Assembly: GCA_964557895.1 (NCBI GenBank)
Contig: CAZLBG010000001.1
Coordinates: forward strand, 44,858 to 108,857
Direction of reading: 5' to 3'
Length of the DNA: 64,000 bases
Source: an uncultured Anaerolinea sp.
Lineage (GTDB): Bacteria > Chloroflexota > Anaerolineae > Anaerolineales > Anaerolineaceae
Shown here piece by piece: positions 1 to 9,924 of the stretch (its first letter is position 1; the number at the start of each line of letters is the position of its first letter). The notes below the pieces were generated by a model. That model had not been told where the DNA came from. It did not search any database and was given only the letters and a program-made list of their open reading frames with translations. A program made the translations under genes and the position numbers.

Positions 1-1
1 G

Positions 2-1747
2 GCACTTGGTCTTTTCCTCACCGCATTCATTGTGGTGATTGCCATTCAAATGATCCGCATTCAAACCAGCACGCACGCTGCCTACCTCGATAAATGGGCT
101 CAGAATTACGGCGTTGAAGTCCGCACTGTCCAATCTGAGCGTGGATACATCTACGACCGCTGGGGTCATCTTCTCGCAGGCAATAAAGAGGTTTACGAGA
201 TTGGCGCAGAGCTTCAGTATGTCCGCAATCCTGCCGCCATTGCCTCTGCCGTATCCACCCTGCTTGGCGCAAATTACGACGCCGCTTTTGCTTCTGCCAG
301 CCTGCCCTACCAGTCCGGCAGCATGGTTTATGTAACCCTCGCAGATTTCGTCACCTCTGAGCAGCTTGCCCAGTTGATCAACCTTAAAAAGCAGTATGAG
401 GCTGCCAATCCCTACGGCGAGGATCCCGAACTTCCTTCGCTCCGCGGACTCACCTGGACAGCCCACCTGCAGCGTACTTATCCTGAGAACGAATTAGCTG
501 CCAATGTGCTTGGTTTTTACACTTATTATGACAGGGAAACCGGACGGGGTTATTTTGGCATCGAAGAGGAATACAACGAACTCCTCTCGGGTACAAAACA
601 GAAGGTTGTCATCGATCTTAACCCTTACGAAATGCAGGAAATTCCCTCTGCTCCCCCGGCTGCCAGCTTGGTCCTCACCCTCGACCGCGAGATTCAGCGC
701 AGCGTCGAAACTATCCTAGATAAAGCGGTCACCAGGCATAAAGCAGTTAACGGCACCATCATTGTCATGGACCCTGAAACCGGTGATATTCTCGCCATGG
801 CGGCCACTCCAAAATTTAATCCAAACAATTATTGGACGTATGGTGAAGTCTTCACTGCCGGCATTCCTTTCAATAAAGCAGTCAGCCAGGTTTATGAGCC
901 CGGGTCAGTTTTCAAGGTTCTCACCATGGCAGCCGCCCTCGATACCGATACAGTCAAACCGACCACTGAATTCATCGACACGGGTGTCATCGAAGTTGGA
1001 GGCTGGGAGATCTACAACTGGGATCGCAGTGCCTGGGGTCGCCAGACAATGGTTGGTTGTATGCAGCACTCCCTCAATGTTTGCCTCTCCTGGATCGCCA
1101 CCGAACTGGGTCCCACTACTTTCTACCAGTACCTCAATCGCTTCGGCATTGGTCATCGTACCAATATAGACCTCGCCGGCGAAGAGGTTTATCCCCTCAG
1201 TGAACCGGAAGATCCCACCTGGTACACCATTAACCTCGCCACCAACTCCTTTGGTCAGGGTGTTGCGGTTACCCCCATCCAAATGGTTATGGCAGCTTCA
1301 GCTTTCGCCAACGATGGCAAAATGGTTGTTCCTCACGTACTGAAAGCCTACATCCAGGATGGGCAGCAATTCAACACCGCCACCAAGATCGCTGGTGCGC
1401 CCGTTTCCGCTGCCACCGCTTACACTCTAACCGAGATGCTGGCAGTCTCACTCGAAGAAGAAGCTTCCGACGCACTTGTCGAAGGCTACCGCGTGGCTGG
1501 CAAGACCGGCACAGCAGAGATTGCTGTCAATGGTCAGTATTCCAGTTATGCCACCAATGCTTCCTTTGTGGGTTGGGGTCCTGTCGAAGACCCGAAATTC
1601 ATTGTCTACGTCTGGCTTGAAAAACCCAAGACCTCCATCTGGGGCTCTGTGGTTGCAGCTCCCGTTTTCCGTGATGTCGTCCGGGAATTGGTTGTTCTGA
1701 TGAACATCCCCCCCGATGACCAGCGGCATAGTTTGCAAGACCAATAG
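2..1747 (+). CDS. ftsI: Penicillin-binding protein transpeptidase (FtsI/PBP3-like), 5'-partial. The frame is open to the window edge.
   Basis: ORF 32..1747 continues upstream in frame (ALGLFLTAFIVVIAIQ, a TM helix). Contains SxxK (SVFK), SxN (SLN) and KTG (KTGTA) motifs. First gene of the dcw cluster. Confidence 0.9.
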   Translation, partial: ALGLFLTAFIVVIAIQMIRIQTSTHAAYLDKWAQNYGVEVRTVQSERGYIYDRWGHLLAGNKEVYEIGAELQYVRNPAAIASAVSTLLGANYDAAFASASLPYQSGSMVYVTLADFVTSEQLAQLINLKKQYEAANPYGEDPELPSLRGLTWTAHLQRTYPENELAANVLGFYTYYDRETGRGYFGIEEEYNELLSGTKQKVVIDLNPYEMQEIPSAPPAASLVLTLDREIQRSVETILDKAVTRHKAVNGTIIVMDPETGDILAMAATPKFNPNNYWTYGEVFTAGIPFNKAVSQVYEPGSVFKVLTMAAALDTDTVKPTTEFIDTGVIEVGGWEIYNWDRSAWGRQTMVGCMQHSLNVCLSWIATELGPTTFYQYLNRFGIGHRTNIDLAGEEVYPLSEPEDPTWYTINLATNSFGQGVAVTPIQMVMAASAFANDGKMVVPHVLKAYIQDGQQFNTATKIAGAPVSAATAYTLTEMLAVSLEEEASDALVEGYRVAGKTGTAEIAVNGQYSSYATNASFVGWGPVEDPKFIVYVWLEKPKTSIWGSVVAAPVFRDVVRELVVLMNIPPDDQRHSLQDQ

Positions 1748-1753
1748 GATAGC

Positions 1754-3172
1754 ATGCTGACTTTGGCAGATTTGATCGAATCAGAAATCGGCATCCGCCT
1801 TGATCGCCCCTCCCCGGGCATCACTGAAGCAGTTGTCGATTCCCGCAAAGCCATCCCGGGCTCGCTCTTTATCGCATACAAGGGTGAGAACGTGGATGGT
1901 CATGCCTATGTTACTGATGCCTTCAAACACGGTGCCTCTTTAGCGTTGGTCGATGGCAGCATCGACCCCTCAATCCCGGTCCTCGATCTCACCCGCGCCT
2001 TCGATGCTAATGCAGAAATACCCTCGTTGCCCTTCGCAGTTCGGGTCAAGGATTCCCAGGCTTCCCTGGTGAAATTCGCTTCGTTCTGGCGCCGCAAATT
2101 CAATCCGCGTGTCATTGGCATTACCGGCAGCGTGGGTAAATCAACAACCAAGGAACTTGTGGCTGAGGTGCTTTCTACCCGCTTCCGCACGCTTAAGAAT
2201 CAGGGCAACCTGAACAACGAGATCGGTTTGCCTCTCACCATGCTCCGTCTCAATGCAGCTTACGAGAAAGTCGTCCTCGAAATGGGATTCTACAAACCTG
2301 GCGAGATTTCTGAGCTTTGCGGCATTGCTCTTCCCCAGGTCGGCATTCTTACCAACATCGGAACCGTCCATGCCGAACGGGCAGGATCTCAACAAGAGAT
2401 CGCTCGCGGGAAAAGCGAATTGGTACAGGCACTCCCCGCAGCTCCTGATGGCGTTGCCATCCTCAACATGGATGATCCCTGGATTGTTCCCATGGCCAAA
2501 CAGACGAAAGCTCGGGTGTTTTTCTACGGGCTTTCTCCCCAGGCAGATCTATGGGCGGACAACATTTCCAGTGATGGTTTAAAAGGTATCAATTTCCATC
2601 TTCATTACTTTGGCGAAACCTATGTCACCCATGCCCCATTGATCGGTCAGCACAGCGTTCACACCATTCTTCGCGCCGTGGCGGCTGCCCTCGCAGAGGG
2701 GATGCCTATTGAGGAGACCATCATCGCCCTTCAGCATGCCAGTGGGCAACTCAGGCTCGTGGCAGCGCACACAAAAGAAGGCGCTCTGCTCCTCGATGAT
2801 ACTTACAATGCCTCTCCCGAGTCCACCCTCGCAGCTTTGAACCTGCTTTCCGAGCTCCCCGGTCGCCGCATTGCTGTACTAGGCGGCATGTTCGAACTTG
2901 GTGAATACGAAAAAGTTGGTCATGCCAAAGTAGGCATGCGTGCAGCTGAAGTTGTCGATCAACTAATCACCTTTGGTGACCTCGCTAAAGAAATCGCCTC
3001 CTCCGCCCTGGATTCTGGTTTGGATGGCAGATCCATTATTTCTCTTGAAGATTCAAGCCAGGTCGTCGAGTTGCTTCACTCCATCCTCCGGAAGGGTGAT
3101 GTGGTGTTGATCAAGGGTTCACACGGTTTGCGCATGGATCGCATCGTGCAAGCCCTGGAGGTGGAAGAATGA
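1754..3172 (+). CDS. murF: UDP-MurNAc-tripeptide--D-Ala-D-Ala ligase
   Basis: 472 aa. Mur ligase P-loop GITGSVGKSTTKE. Position in dcw cluster. 4-nt overlap with mraY. Confidence 0.92.
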   Translation: MLTLADLIESEIGIRLDRPSPGITEAVVDSRKAIPGSLFIAYKGENVDGHAYVTDAFKHGASLALVDGSIDPSIPVLDLTRAFDANAEIPSLPFAVRVKDSQASLVKFASFWRRKFNPRVIGITGSVGKSTTKELVAEVLSTRFRTLKNQGNLNNEIGLPLTMLRLNAAYEKVVLEMGFYKPGEISELCGIALPQVGILTNIGTVHAERAGSQQEIARGKSELVQALPAAPDGVAILNMDDPWIVPMAKQTKARVFFYGLSPQADLWADNISSDGLKGINFHLHYFGETYVTHAPLIGQHSVHTILRAVAAALAEGMPIEETIIALQHASGQLRLVAAHTKEGALLLDDTYNASPESTLAALNLLSELPGRRIAVLGGMFELGEYEKVGHAKVGMRAAEVVDQLITFGDLAKEIASSALDSGLDGRSIISLEDSSQVVELLHSILRKGDVVLIKGSHGLRMDRIVQALEVEE

Positions 3173-4161
3173 AAGAGACCTCGTTAGCCATCGCTCTAAG
3201 CGGGCTGGGATTTGTCCTCGCAGTCATCTGGGGCAGTCCGCTCATCCGCATTCTCAAGCATTTCCGCCTTGGCAAAATGATCCGCGTTGAAGGTCCCGAC
3301 AGCCACATCACCAAGATGGGTACCCCCACCATGGGCGGATTGATGATCCTCATCCCGGTAGCCGCAGTCACCCTCCTCCTCAATGCAGTCGACCTGCTCG
3401 GCGTGAATGTAATGGGGCAGTCAGTCCTGCTTCCTCTCGTTGTCATGTTTGCTTACGGTCTCCTCGGCGCTATCGATGATTGGGAAGGTATTCGTGGTCC
3501 CCGTAAAGGACTGGGAATGCGCGCCCGCACCAAGTTTTTCATTCAGGTGATCCTCGCTGTCATTACCGCGTTTGTACTTAAGAACGTTCTTTTTGTCCCG
3601 CAAATGTACTGGCCGGGTCTCAACGTCGTTATTGACCTCGGTCCCTGGTACATCCCCGTTGCAGCGTTCATCATCGTTCTCATGTCTAATGCGGTCAACC
3701 TCACCGATGGACTTGATGGGCTTGCCGGATTGATATCTGTCACTGCTTTCGCATCTTACGGAGCCATCGCCCTCATGCAGGGGAACCTCTTCGTAGGTCG
3801 TTTCTGTTTCACTATCGTTGGCGCGCTTTTCGGTTACTTATGGTTCAATGTGCACCCTGCCATGCTCTTCATGGGGGATCTCGGCTCGCTCTCATTGGGT
3901 GCCGTTCTGGGAGTGGTGGCTTTGATGACCGGTCAATGGCTTCTTCTGCCTCTTGTCGCCGTCATTCCCATCAGTAACGTTGTCGCTGATATTTTGCAGG
4001 TGATGTACTTCAAATACACCAAAGGGAAACGCCTGTTCAAAATGGCACCATTGCATCACCATTTCGAACTCATCGGATGGAGTGAAACCCAGGTTGTGCA
4101 ACGTTTCTGGTTGATCAGCCTTCTCTTCGGAATTTTTGGGATTGCGATTGCGATTGCATAA
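3169..4161 (+). CDS. mraY: Phospho-N-acetylmuramoyl-pentapeptide transferase
   Basis: 330-aa polytopic membrane protein with the NAVNLTDGLDGLA signature. Confidence 0.95.
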   Translation: MKETSLAIALSGLGFVLAVIWGSPLIRILKHFRLGKMIRVEGPDSHITKMGTPTMGGLMILIPVAAVTLLLNAVDLLGVNVMGQSVLLPLVVMFAYGLLGAIDDWEGIRGPRKGLGMRARTKFFIQVILAVITAFVLKNVLFVPQMYWPGLNVVIDLGPWYIPVAAFIIVLMSNAVNLTDGLDGLAGLISVTAFASYGAIALMQGNLFVGRFCFTIVGALFGYLWFNVHPAMLFMGDLGSLSLGAVLGVVALMTGQWLLLPLVAVIPISNVVADILQVMYFKYTKGKRLFKMAPLHHHFELIGWSETQVVQRFWLISLLFGIFGIAIAIA

Positions 4162-4162
4162 T

Positions 4163-5551
4163 ATGACAAACACGAATTGGCAGGGTAAAAACGTCCTGAT
4201 TCTTGGTGCCGCCCGGCAGGGGCAGGCGCTGGCGCGTTTCCTTGCTTCCCGCAAAGCCAATGTCATCCTTAACGATAGACGGTCAGCTGCACAATTGGGC
4301 ACTGCTGTTGACGCTTTAACTTCCATTGGTGTGGAATGGGTACTCGACACACATCCCTTGAATTTGCTCGATCGTGTGGATCTGGTTTGCCTTTCTGGTG
4401 GTATTCCCCTCACTCTGCCGATCGTAAAGGCTGCATCCGAACGGGGGCTTCCCCTCACCAATGATTCACAGGTCTTCATGGAAGAAGTAGAAGCCCCGAT
4501 CATTGGCATCACCGGTTCCGCTGGAAAAACCACGACCACCACTCTGGTGGGACGGATGGCTCAAAAAGCAGTCAGAGCCCCTCGCAAAGTCTGGGTTGGC
4601 GGCAATATCGGTCTTCCTCTCGTAGAATACCTGGATGAAATCAAAGCTGAGGATATTGTTATCCTTGAGTTGTCCAGTTTCCAACTGGAGCAAATGACCC
4701 TCAGCCCGCATATGGCAGTGGTACTCAATATCACCCCCAACCACCTTGATCGCCACGGTACAATGGAAGCCTACATTGCAGCCAAATCCCGTATTCTTAA
4801 CTTCCAAACCTCTACTGATTACTCCATCCTCAACCGCGAGGATCCGGGTTCCTGGGATCTGGCATCCATAACCCGTGGAACACTCTTCTCATTCGGTTTT
4901 TCATCCTCGGCAGCCCTTGAAAATGGCAGCTTCCTCGAAAATGGAAAAGTGATCTTTAGGCGTGCAGGAATTGATCTCCCTGTTTTCGATTCTTCTGAGG
5001 TCGAATTACGCGGTCAGCACAATCTCCTGCTTGCCCTCGCCGCGGTTGCCATTTGTGGCGTTACAGGAATTCCCGCAGAAGCTATGCAAGCCGGTATTCG
5101 GGGATTCACCGGTGTTGAGCACCGTATGGAACCCGTTCGCACCTGGCATGGAATCACCTTCGTTAACGATTCCATTGCAACTGCTCCCGAACGAACCATG
5201 GCTGCCATTGATTCCTACGACCAGCCTATCATTCTTCTCCTCGGTGGGCGGGATAAAGACCTTCCCTGGGACGCCATTGCATCAAAGATCCACAAACGTG
5301 TCTCACGGGTGATCCTCTTCGGTGAAGCCGCTGAGAAGATCTACTCAGCCATTGGCAATCCTTTGGTCGGAGATGTACTTGAATCCGTTCATTCCGTGGG
5401 CACATTTACCAGTGCTCTTGAAAAGGCTGTAGAAATTGCCTGCAGCGGTGACGTCGTGTTGCTTTCCCCGGGCTGCACCAGCTACGATGCATTTCGCGAT
5501 TTTGAGGAACGGGGAAATTTTTTCAAGAAATGGGTGAATGAACTCGAATGA
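4163..5551 (+). CDS. murD: UDP-MurNAc-L-Ala--D-Glu ligase
   Basis: ORF 4136..5551. The in-frame ATG at 4163 lies just after the mraY stop (4159-4161) and gives MTNTNWQGKNVLILGAARQG. P-loop GITGSAGKTTTT. Confidence 0.9.
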   Translation: MTNTNWQGKNVLILGAARQGQALARFLASRKANVILNDRRSAAQLGTAVDALTSIGVEWVLDTHPLNLLDRVDLVCLSGGIPLTLPIVKAASERGLPLTNDSQVFMEEVEAPIIGITGSAGKTTTTTLVGRMAQKAVRAPRKVWVGGNIGLPLVEYLDEIKAEDIVILELSSFQLEQMTLSPHMAVVLNITPNHLDRHGTMEAYIAAKSRILNFQTSTDYSILNREDPGSWDLASITRGTLFSFGFSSSAALENGSFLENGKVIFRRAGIDLPVFDSSEVELRGQHNLLLALAAVAICGVTGIPAEAMQAGIRGFTGVEHRMEPVRTWHGITFVNDSIATAPERTMAAIDSYDQPIILLLGGRDKDLPWDAIASKIHKRVSRVILFGEAAEKIYSAIGNPLVGDVLESVHSVGTFTSALEKAVEIACSGDVVLLSPGCTSYDAFRDFEERGNFFKKWVNELE

Positions 5552-6789
5552 ACGCAAACGTCGTAACCCCCGCTCCCCGCGCCAGAACCCGGAAATTAGC
5601 CTTCCGCGAGAATTTCGACTTGCCTCTTCTCCTCGTGGTGCTCACTCTCTTCATCATCGGTCTCTTGATGGTTTATTCCGCCAGTTGGCAGTTTGCCCGT
5701 CAGCAGGGGTACTCTGAATACAATACCGTCCTCAGGCAGTTCATCTATGGCATTTTGGGCATCGGTGCTGGGGTATTCCTTACCTTCTACGACTACCATA
5801 AGTTTTCTCGCTGGGTCGTCCCAGCCATGCTCGCCACCATCGTCCTGCTCGTTGGCGTTCTCCTGTTCGGTCAGGAAACTCAGTATGGTGCCAAGCGCGG
5901 TCTCTTTGCGGGCTCTATCCAGCCATCTGAGCTCGCTAAATTGATGATCGTGGTCTATCTCAGTTTTTGGTTATATAGCAAAAGAGAAACCATCAATCAA
6001 TGGTCGCTTGGGCTCATCCCTCTTATGGGCATCGTTGGTTTTACTGCCGGTTTGATCCTCGCCCAGCCGGATGTCTCCGCTGCTGCCACGGTCATTGTCC
6101 TCGGTGCGGTTCTTTTTTTCATCGCTGGTGGCAAACTTCGCCAGATCTTGCTCGTCGTTGTCGTCACAGCAATCCTCGGCATTCTGGTCGTCCTTATCAA
6201 TAACAATGCTTCTACCCGCCTAAAAGACTACTGGAGTGGACTTCAGAATCCTGAACAGGCATCTGACCATGTCAAGTGGTCACTCGAAGCTATCATCAAT
6301 GGCGGTCTTTTCGGCGTAGGCATCGGACGCTCAACCACCAAGTTCATCGGTCTTCCCGTCGCCCCCACCGATTCGATTTTTGCGGTTATTGCGGAAGAAA
6401 CTGGTCTGCTTGGCGCTTTTGCCATCCTTGCTCTTTATGCTGCCTTCCTCTGGCGCGGTCTCACCATTGGCAGCCGTGCCAAAGATGATCTTGGCAAGTG
6501 GCTGGCAAACGGCATCACCTTGTGGATCACCATTGAAGCCGTCATTAACACCGGGGTTTTAGTGAACCTGCTCCCCTTTGCCGGTAACGCTCTTCCTCTC
6601 ATCAGTTCTGGCGGATCCAGCCTGGTTACTACACTTGCAGCCATCGGGATCCTCATGAATATTGCTCGAAATTCGAAGCTGGAAGTCGTAGCTTCAGAAA
6701 GGAGCACCTCTCATGCGGTTGTTAATCTGCGCAGGGGGGACCGGCGGCGGAGTGTATCCCGCCCTGTCGATCCTTCAGGCAATCGGTGA
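5548..6789 (+). CDS. ftsW: SEDS-family peptidoglycan polymerase (FtsW/RodA family)
   Basis: 413-aa, ~10-TM protein with PSELAKL and AVIAEETGLLG motifs. ATGA overlap with murD. Its 3' tail overlaps murG by 77 nt. Confidence 0.88.
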   Translation: MNANVVTPAPRARTRKLAFRENFDLPLLLVVLTLFIIGLLMVYSASWQFARQQGYSEYNTVLRQFIYGILGIGAGVFLTFYDYHKFSRWVVPAMLATIVLLVGVLLFGQETQYGAKRGLFAGSIQPSELAKLMIVVYLSFWLYSKRETINQWSLGLIPLMGIVGFTAGLILAQPDVSAAATVIVLGAVLFFIAGGKLRQILLVVVVTAILGILVVLINNNASTRLKDYWSGLQNPEQASDHVKWSLEAIINGGLFGVGIGRSTTKFIGLPVAPTDSIFAVIAEETGLLGAFAILALYAAFLWRGLTIGSRAKDDLGKWLANGITLWITIEAVINTGVLVNLLPFAGNALPLISSGGSSLVTTLAAIGILMNIARNSKLEVVASERSTSHAVVNLRRGDRRRSVSRPVDPSGNR

Positions 6790-7816
6790 TCGCGCCAGCG
6801 ATGTCCTTTGGGTAGGCGGCGAAGGCGGCATGGAAGCTGACCTGGTCGCTGCCAAAGGCATTCCGTTCAAAAGTGTCCCGGCTGCCGGTGTCCACGGCGT
6901 CGGTTTTGCCCGCTTGCCTGGCAACCTCATCAAGCTGATGAAAGGCATCCTTGCCTCCCGTCGCATCCTCCGTGAATTCCACCCCGATGTGCTCCTCTTC
7001 ACCGGTGGCTTTGTTGCCGTTCCTATGGCTCTCGCAGGCATAAAAACGAATAGCCTCCTGTATGTTCCGGATATTGAACCCGGTCTGGCGCTGCGTACTC
7101 TTGCCCGCTTCTCCGATAAGATTGCTCTAACCGCTGCTGAATCCTTCAAGTACTTCAAGTCTTCTGAAAAATTATCCGTGACTGGGTATCCAACCCGCCG
7201 CGATTTTGTCGCGATTCCAAAAAGTGAAGCACGCGCAAATCTTGACTTGAAAAACGATTTGCCCGTTCTGCTTGTGGTTGGCGGCAGTAAAGGCGCTCAT
7301 TTGATTAACCAGGCGCTGCTTCCCAATCTTCCTGCCCTCCTCTCTGATTTCCAAATGATTCATATCACGGGCTCAAACGATTGGCAGGAATGTAACGAAC
7401 TAAAAACAAAATTGCTCCCGGAGTTGAGCGCAAATTACCATCCGTATGCATACCTCCACCAGGAGATCAGCGATGCCTTCTCTGCTGCAGACCTGGCTAT
7501 CTCAAGGGCTGGAGCTTCAATTCTGGGAGAGTTGCCCCTGGTTGGTTTGCCCGCCATTCTCGTGCCGTATCCCTTTGCCTGGCGCTATCAAAAGGTCAAC
7601 GCAGAGTACCTTGCGGATCGCGGAGCGGCAGTTATGATTGAAAATTCCGCACTTGAAACCGGGGTGGTTCCTGCGTTGCAAGACCTCTTTGCAGATGCAT
7701 CCAGGCTTGACTCAATGAGAATAGCCATGGCTTCACTGGCAACACCAGACGCAGCCAGCCTTCTCGCTGATTTGGTTTGTTCTCTGGGCTCAAACCCGGC
7801 TGGAGGGACAAAATGA
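6713..7816 (+). CDS. murG: UDP-GlcNAc:lipid I GlcNAc transferase
   Basis: N-terminus MRLLICAGGTGGGVYPAL (G-loop). SD 'aaaggag' at 6699-6705. 367 aa. Confidence 0.93.
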   Translation: MRLLICAGGTGGGVYPALSILQAIGDRASDVLWVGGEGGMEADLVAAKGIPFKSVPAAGVHGVGFARLPGNLIKLMKGILASRRILREFHPDVLLFTGGFVAVPMALAGIKTNSLLYVPDIEPGLALRTLARFSDKIALTAAESFKYFKSSEKLSVTGYPTRRDFVAIPKSEARANLDLKNDLPVLLVVGGSKGAHLINQALLPNLPALLSDFQMIHITGSNDWQECNELKTKLLPELSANYHPYAYLHQEISDAFSAADLAISRAGASILGELPLVGLPAILVPYPFAWRYQKVNAEYLADRGAAVMIENSALETGVVPALQDLFADASRLDSMRIAMASLATPDAASLLADLVCSLGSNPAGGTK

Positions 7817-8355
7817 TAAGTTTGCATGTAATCCTCATCATCTTTGTACTTCTCTTTGGCATTATCGGTTCCATGCGTGGTTGGGCAAAAGAAGTGCTGG
7901 TCACCTTCAGCATCATTCTCTCGATGTTCACCCTCACCATCCTGGAGAATTTCATCCCCTTCTTCAAGGAGACCATTTCTACCGCCTCACCCGCCACGGC
8001 TTTTTGGATTCGCGCGGGCATCCTTTCAGCTCTCGTGTTTTTTGGGTACGAAACTCCCAAGATTCCTCGACTTGCGGATAGTGGCAGATTCATTCGGAAT
8101 TTATTGCAGGATACCTTGCTTGGCAGCTTTATCGGCATGATCAACGGATTCCTCGTCATTGGCAGCATCTGGTACTTCCTGCACACTGCCGAATATCCTT
8201 TCACCTTCGTGTCCGCTCCCGATCCTGCCACCACCAACGGTTTGGCATCATTGAACCTTGTCGAGTTTCTTCCACCCTCTTGGTTGATGACCACTCCCAC
8301 CATTTATGTGGCCGTGGCAATTTGCTTCGTTATTGTATTGGTGGTGTTTATCTGA
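7813..8355 (+). CDS. CvpA-family-like small membrane protein
   Basis: ATG at 7813 overlaps the murG stop (ATGA). 4-5 TM helices. LLFGIIGSMRGWAKEVL resembles the CvpA N-terminal G..RG motif. Confidence 0.6.
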   Translation: MISLHVILIIFVLLFGIIGSMRGWAKEVLVTFSIILSMFTLTILENFIPFFKETISTASPATAFWIRAGILSALVFFGYETPKIPRLADSGRFIRNLLQDTLLGSFIGMINGFLVIGSIWYFLHTAEYPFTFVSAPDPATTNGLASLNLVEFLPPSWLMTTPTIYVAVAICFVIVLVVFI

Positions 8356-9725
8356 TGACACACGTGCATTTGATCGGCATCGGTGGAACCGGAATCTCTT
8401 CCATTGCCCGCGTACTCCTCGAAAAAGGGTACAAGGTCAGTGGATCCGATCGTATTCTTTCCTCGCTTGCGCTTGACCTCAAGCAGGCAGGCGTCACCGT
8501 GTTTGCCGGGCATACCCCTGAGAATATTACCGGTGCCGATATTTTGGTTCGCTCCTCTGCCATCCCCGATGACAATGTCGAGGTACAGGCAGCTCTCGCA
8601 GCTGGCATTCCTGTGCAAAAGCGTTCCGATTTTCTTGGCACCCTGCTCAACCAGCACAAAAGCCTTGCCGTTGCTGGTTCCCATGGAAAAACCACTACCT
8701 CAGCCATGCTTGCCTGGTCACTCACTTCTCTGGATCAGGACCCGTCCTACATTCTGGGGGGCGTCAGCAGTAATCTCAGGAACAATGCTCATGCCGGCAG
8801 AGGTGAGCTTTTCGTCATCGAAGCTGACGAATATGACCGGATGTTCCTTGGCCTCAATCCGGACATCATTCTCTTCACCGCCATTGGTTACGATCACCCC
8901 GATTGCTTCCCCTCTCCGGCGGATTATGAAGAGGCATTCCATCAATTTGCTGCTTGTCTCAAGCCTCACGGGTTGATGGTTGCGACAGTGGAAGACTCCT
9001 CAAGGTTGCAGATCTTTGCTTCTGCTCCACAACCGCACCAAGCCTGCACCTATGGTTTGGCAGACACTGCACATTACCAGGCGAAGGATCTCAAGGTAAA
9101 TGAAGCTGGCGGTTTCTCCTTCCGGATTCTCCACAACGGCAGCGAACTTGCGCGGACAGACCTCAAAGTCCCGGGTGAGCACAATGTTATGAACGCCCTC
9201 GGTGTTTTTGCAGTTTTGCATCAACTGGGTTTTCTACCGGTGAAAATCGCCGACGCTCTCAGCCAGTTCACCGGTACCGGTCGCCGTTTCGAAATTGTCG
9301 GAGAAGTATCCGGGATAACCGTGGTTGATGACTATGCGCATCATCCTGCCAAGATCCAGGCCACCCTTGCCGCAGCCCGCAGCCGCTTCCCAGGCCGCCG
9401 AATCATTGCTGTCTGGCAGCCCCATACCTACTCCCGCACCCGCACTCTCGCAGAGGATTTCGCAGCTTCCTTCCATAATGCGGATGTTGTCATTGTCTCC
9501 GAGATCTATGCCTCCCGCGAAAAACCGGAGGACTATTCCTCCCGTCAGGTAGCCGAACAGATCACCTACACCGAAACTCGTTTCGTTCCGTCCCTGCCGG
9601 AGATCAGCTCACTTTTGGCGAAGAAATTGCAACCAGGGGATGTATTGATTGTTCTGTCCGCAGGCGATGCAAATCAGGTCTGTCCTGAGGTGCTCGCCAC
9701 CTTGAGTGAAAGGAAAACAAAATGA
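8355..9725 (+). CDS. murC: UDP-MurNAc--L-alanine ligase
   Basis: ATG at 8355 overlaps the upstream TGA by 1 nt. MTHVHLIGIGGTGISSIA. P-loop AVAGSHGKTTTS. Confidence 0.92.
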   Translation: MTHVHLIGIGGTGISSIARVLLEKGYKVSGSDRILSSLALDLKQAGVTVFAGHTPENITGADILVRSSAIPDDNVEVQAALAAGIPVQKRSDFLGTLLNQHKSLAVAGSHGKTTTSAMLAWSLTSLDQDPSYILGGVSSNLRNNAHAGRGELFVIEADEYDRMFLGLNPDIILFTAIGYDHPDCFPSPADYEEAFHQFAACLKPHGLMVATVEDSSRLQIFASAPQPHQACTYGLADTAHYQAKDLKVNEAGGFSFRILHNGSELARTDLKVPGEHNVMNALGVFAVLHQLGFLPVKIADALSQFTGTGRRFEIVGEVSGITVVDDYAHHPAKIQATLAAARSRFPGRRIIAVWQPHTYSRTRTLAEDFAASFHNADVVIVSEIYASREKPEDYSSRQVAEQITYTETRFVPSLPEISSLLAKKLQPGDVLIVLSAGDANQVCPEVLATLSERKTK

Positions 9726-9913
9726 CTGACCCTCGTAAAAGCAATTACCTTAGCACCCACGCAGAATCTGATGCATCCCGCTTCTTCTCCGAATTTCCCC
9801 GTATCCAGGTTAAGCCACAGCGCGCTTACCAGGAGCAGGATTTCCGCTCCCTTCCAGGGCGCGAACAGCAGGAATTGCTCTCCCGCCTCATCGATCACGT
9901 GAAGGACCTCTAA
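9722..9913 (+). CDS. Hypothetical 63-aa hydrophilic protein embedded in the dcw cluster
   Basis: ATG overlaps the murC stop (ATGA). C-rich third codon positions like the neighbouring genes. murB SD and start follow 9 nt after its stop. Confidence 0.45.
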   Translation: MTDPRKSNYLSTHAESDASRFFSEFPRIQVKPQRAYQEQDFRSLPGREQQELLSRLIDHVKDL

Positions 9914-9924
9914 GGAGATATTGA

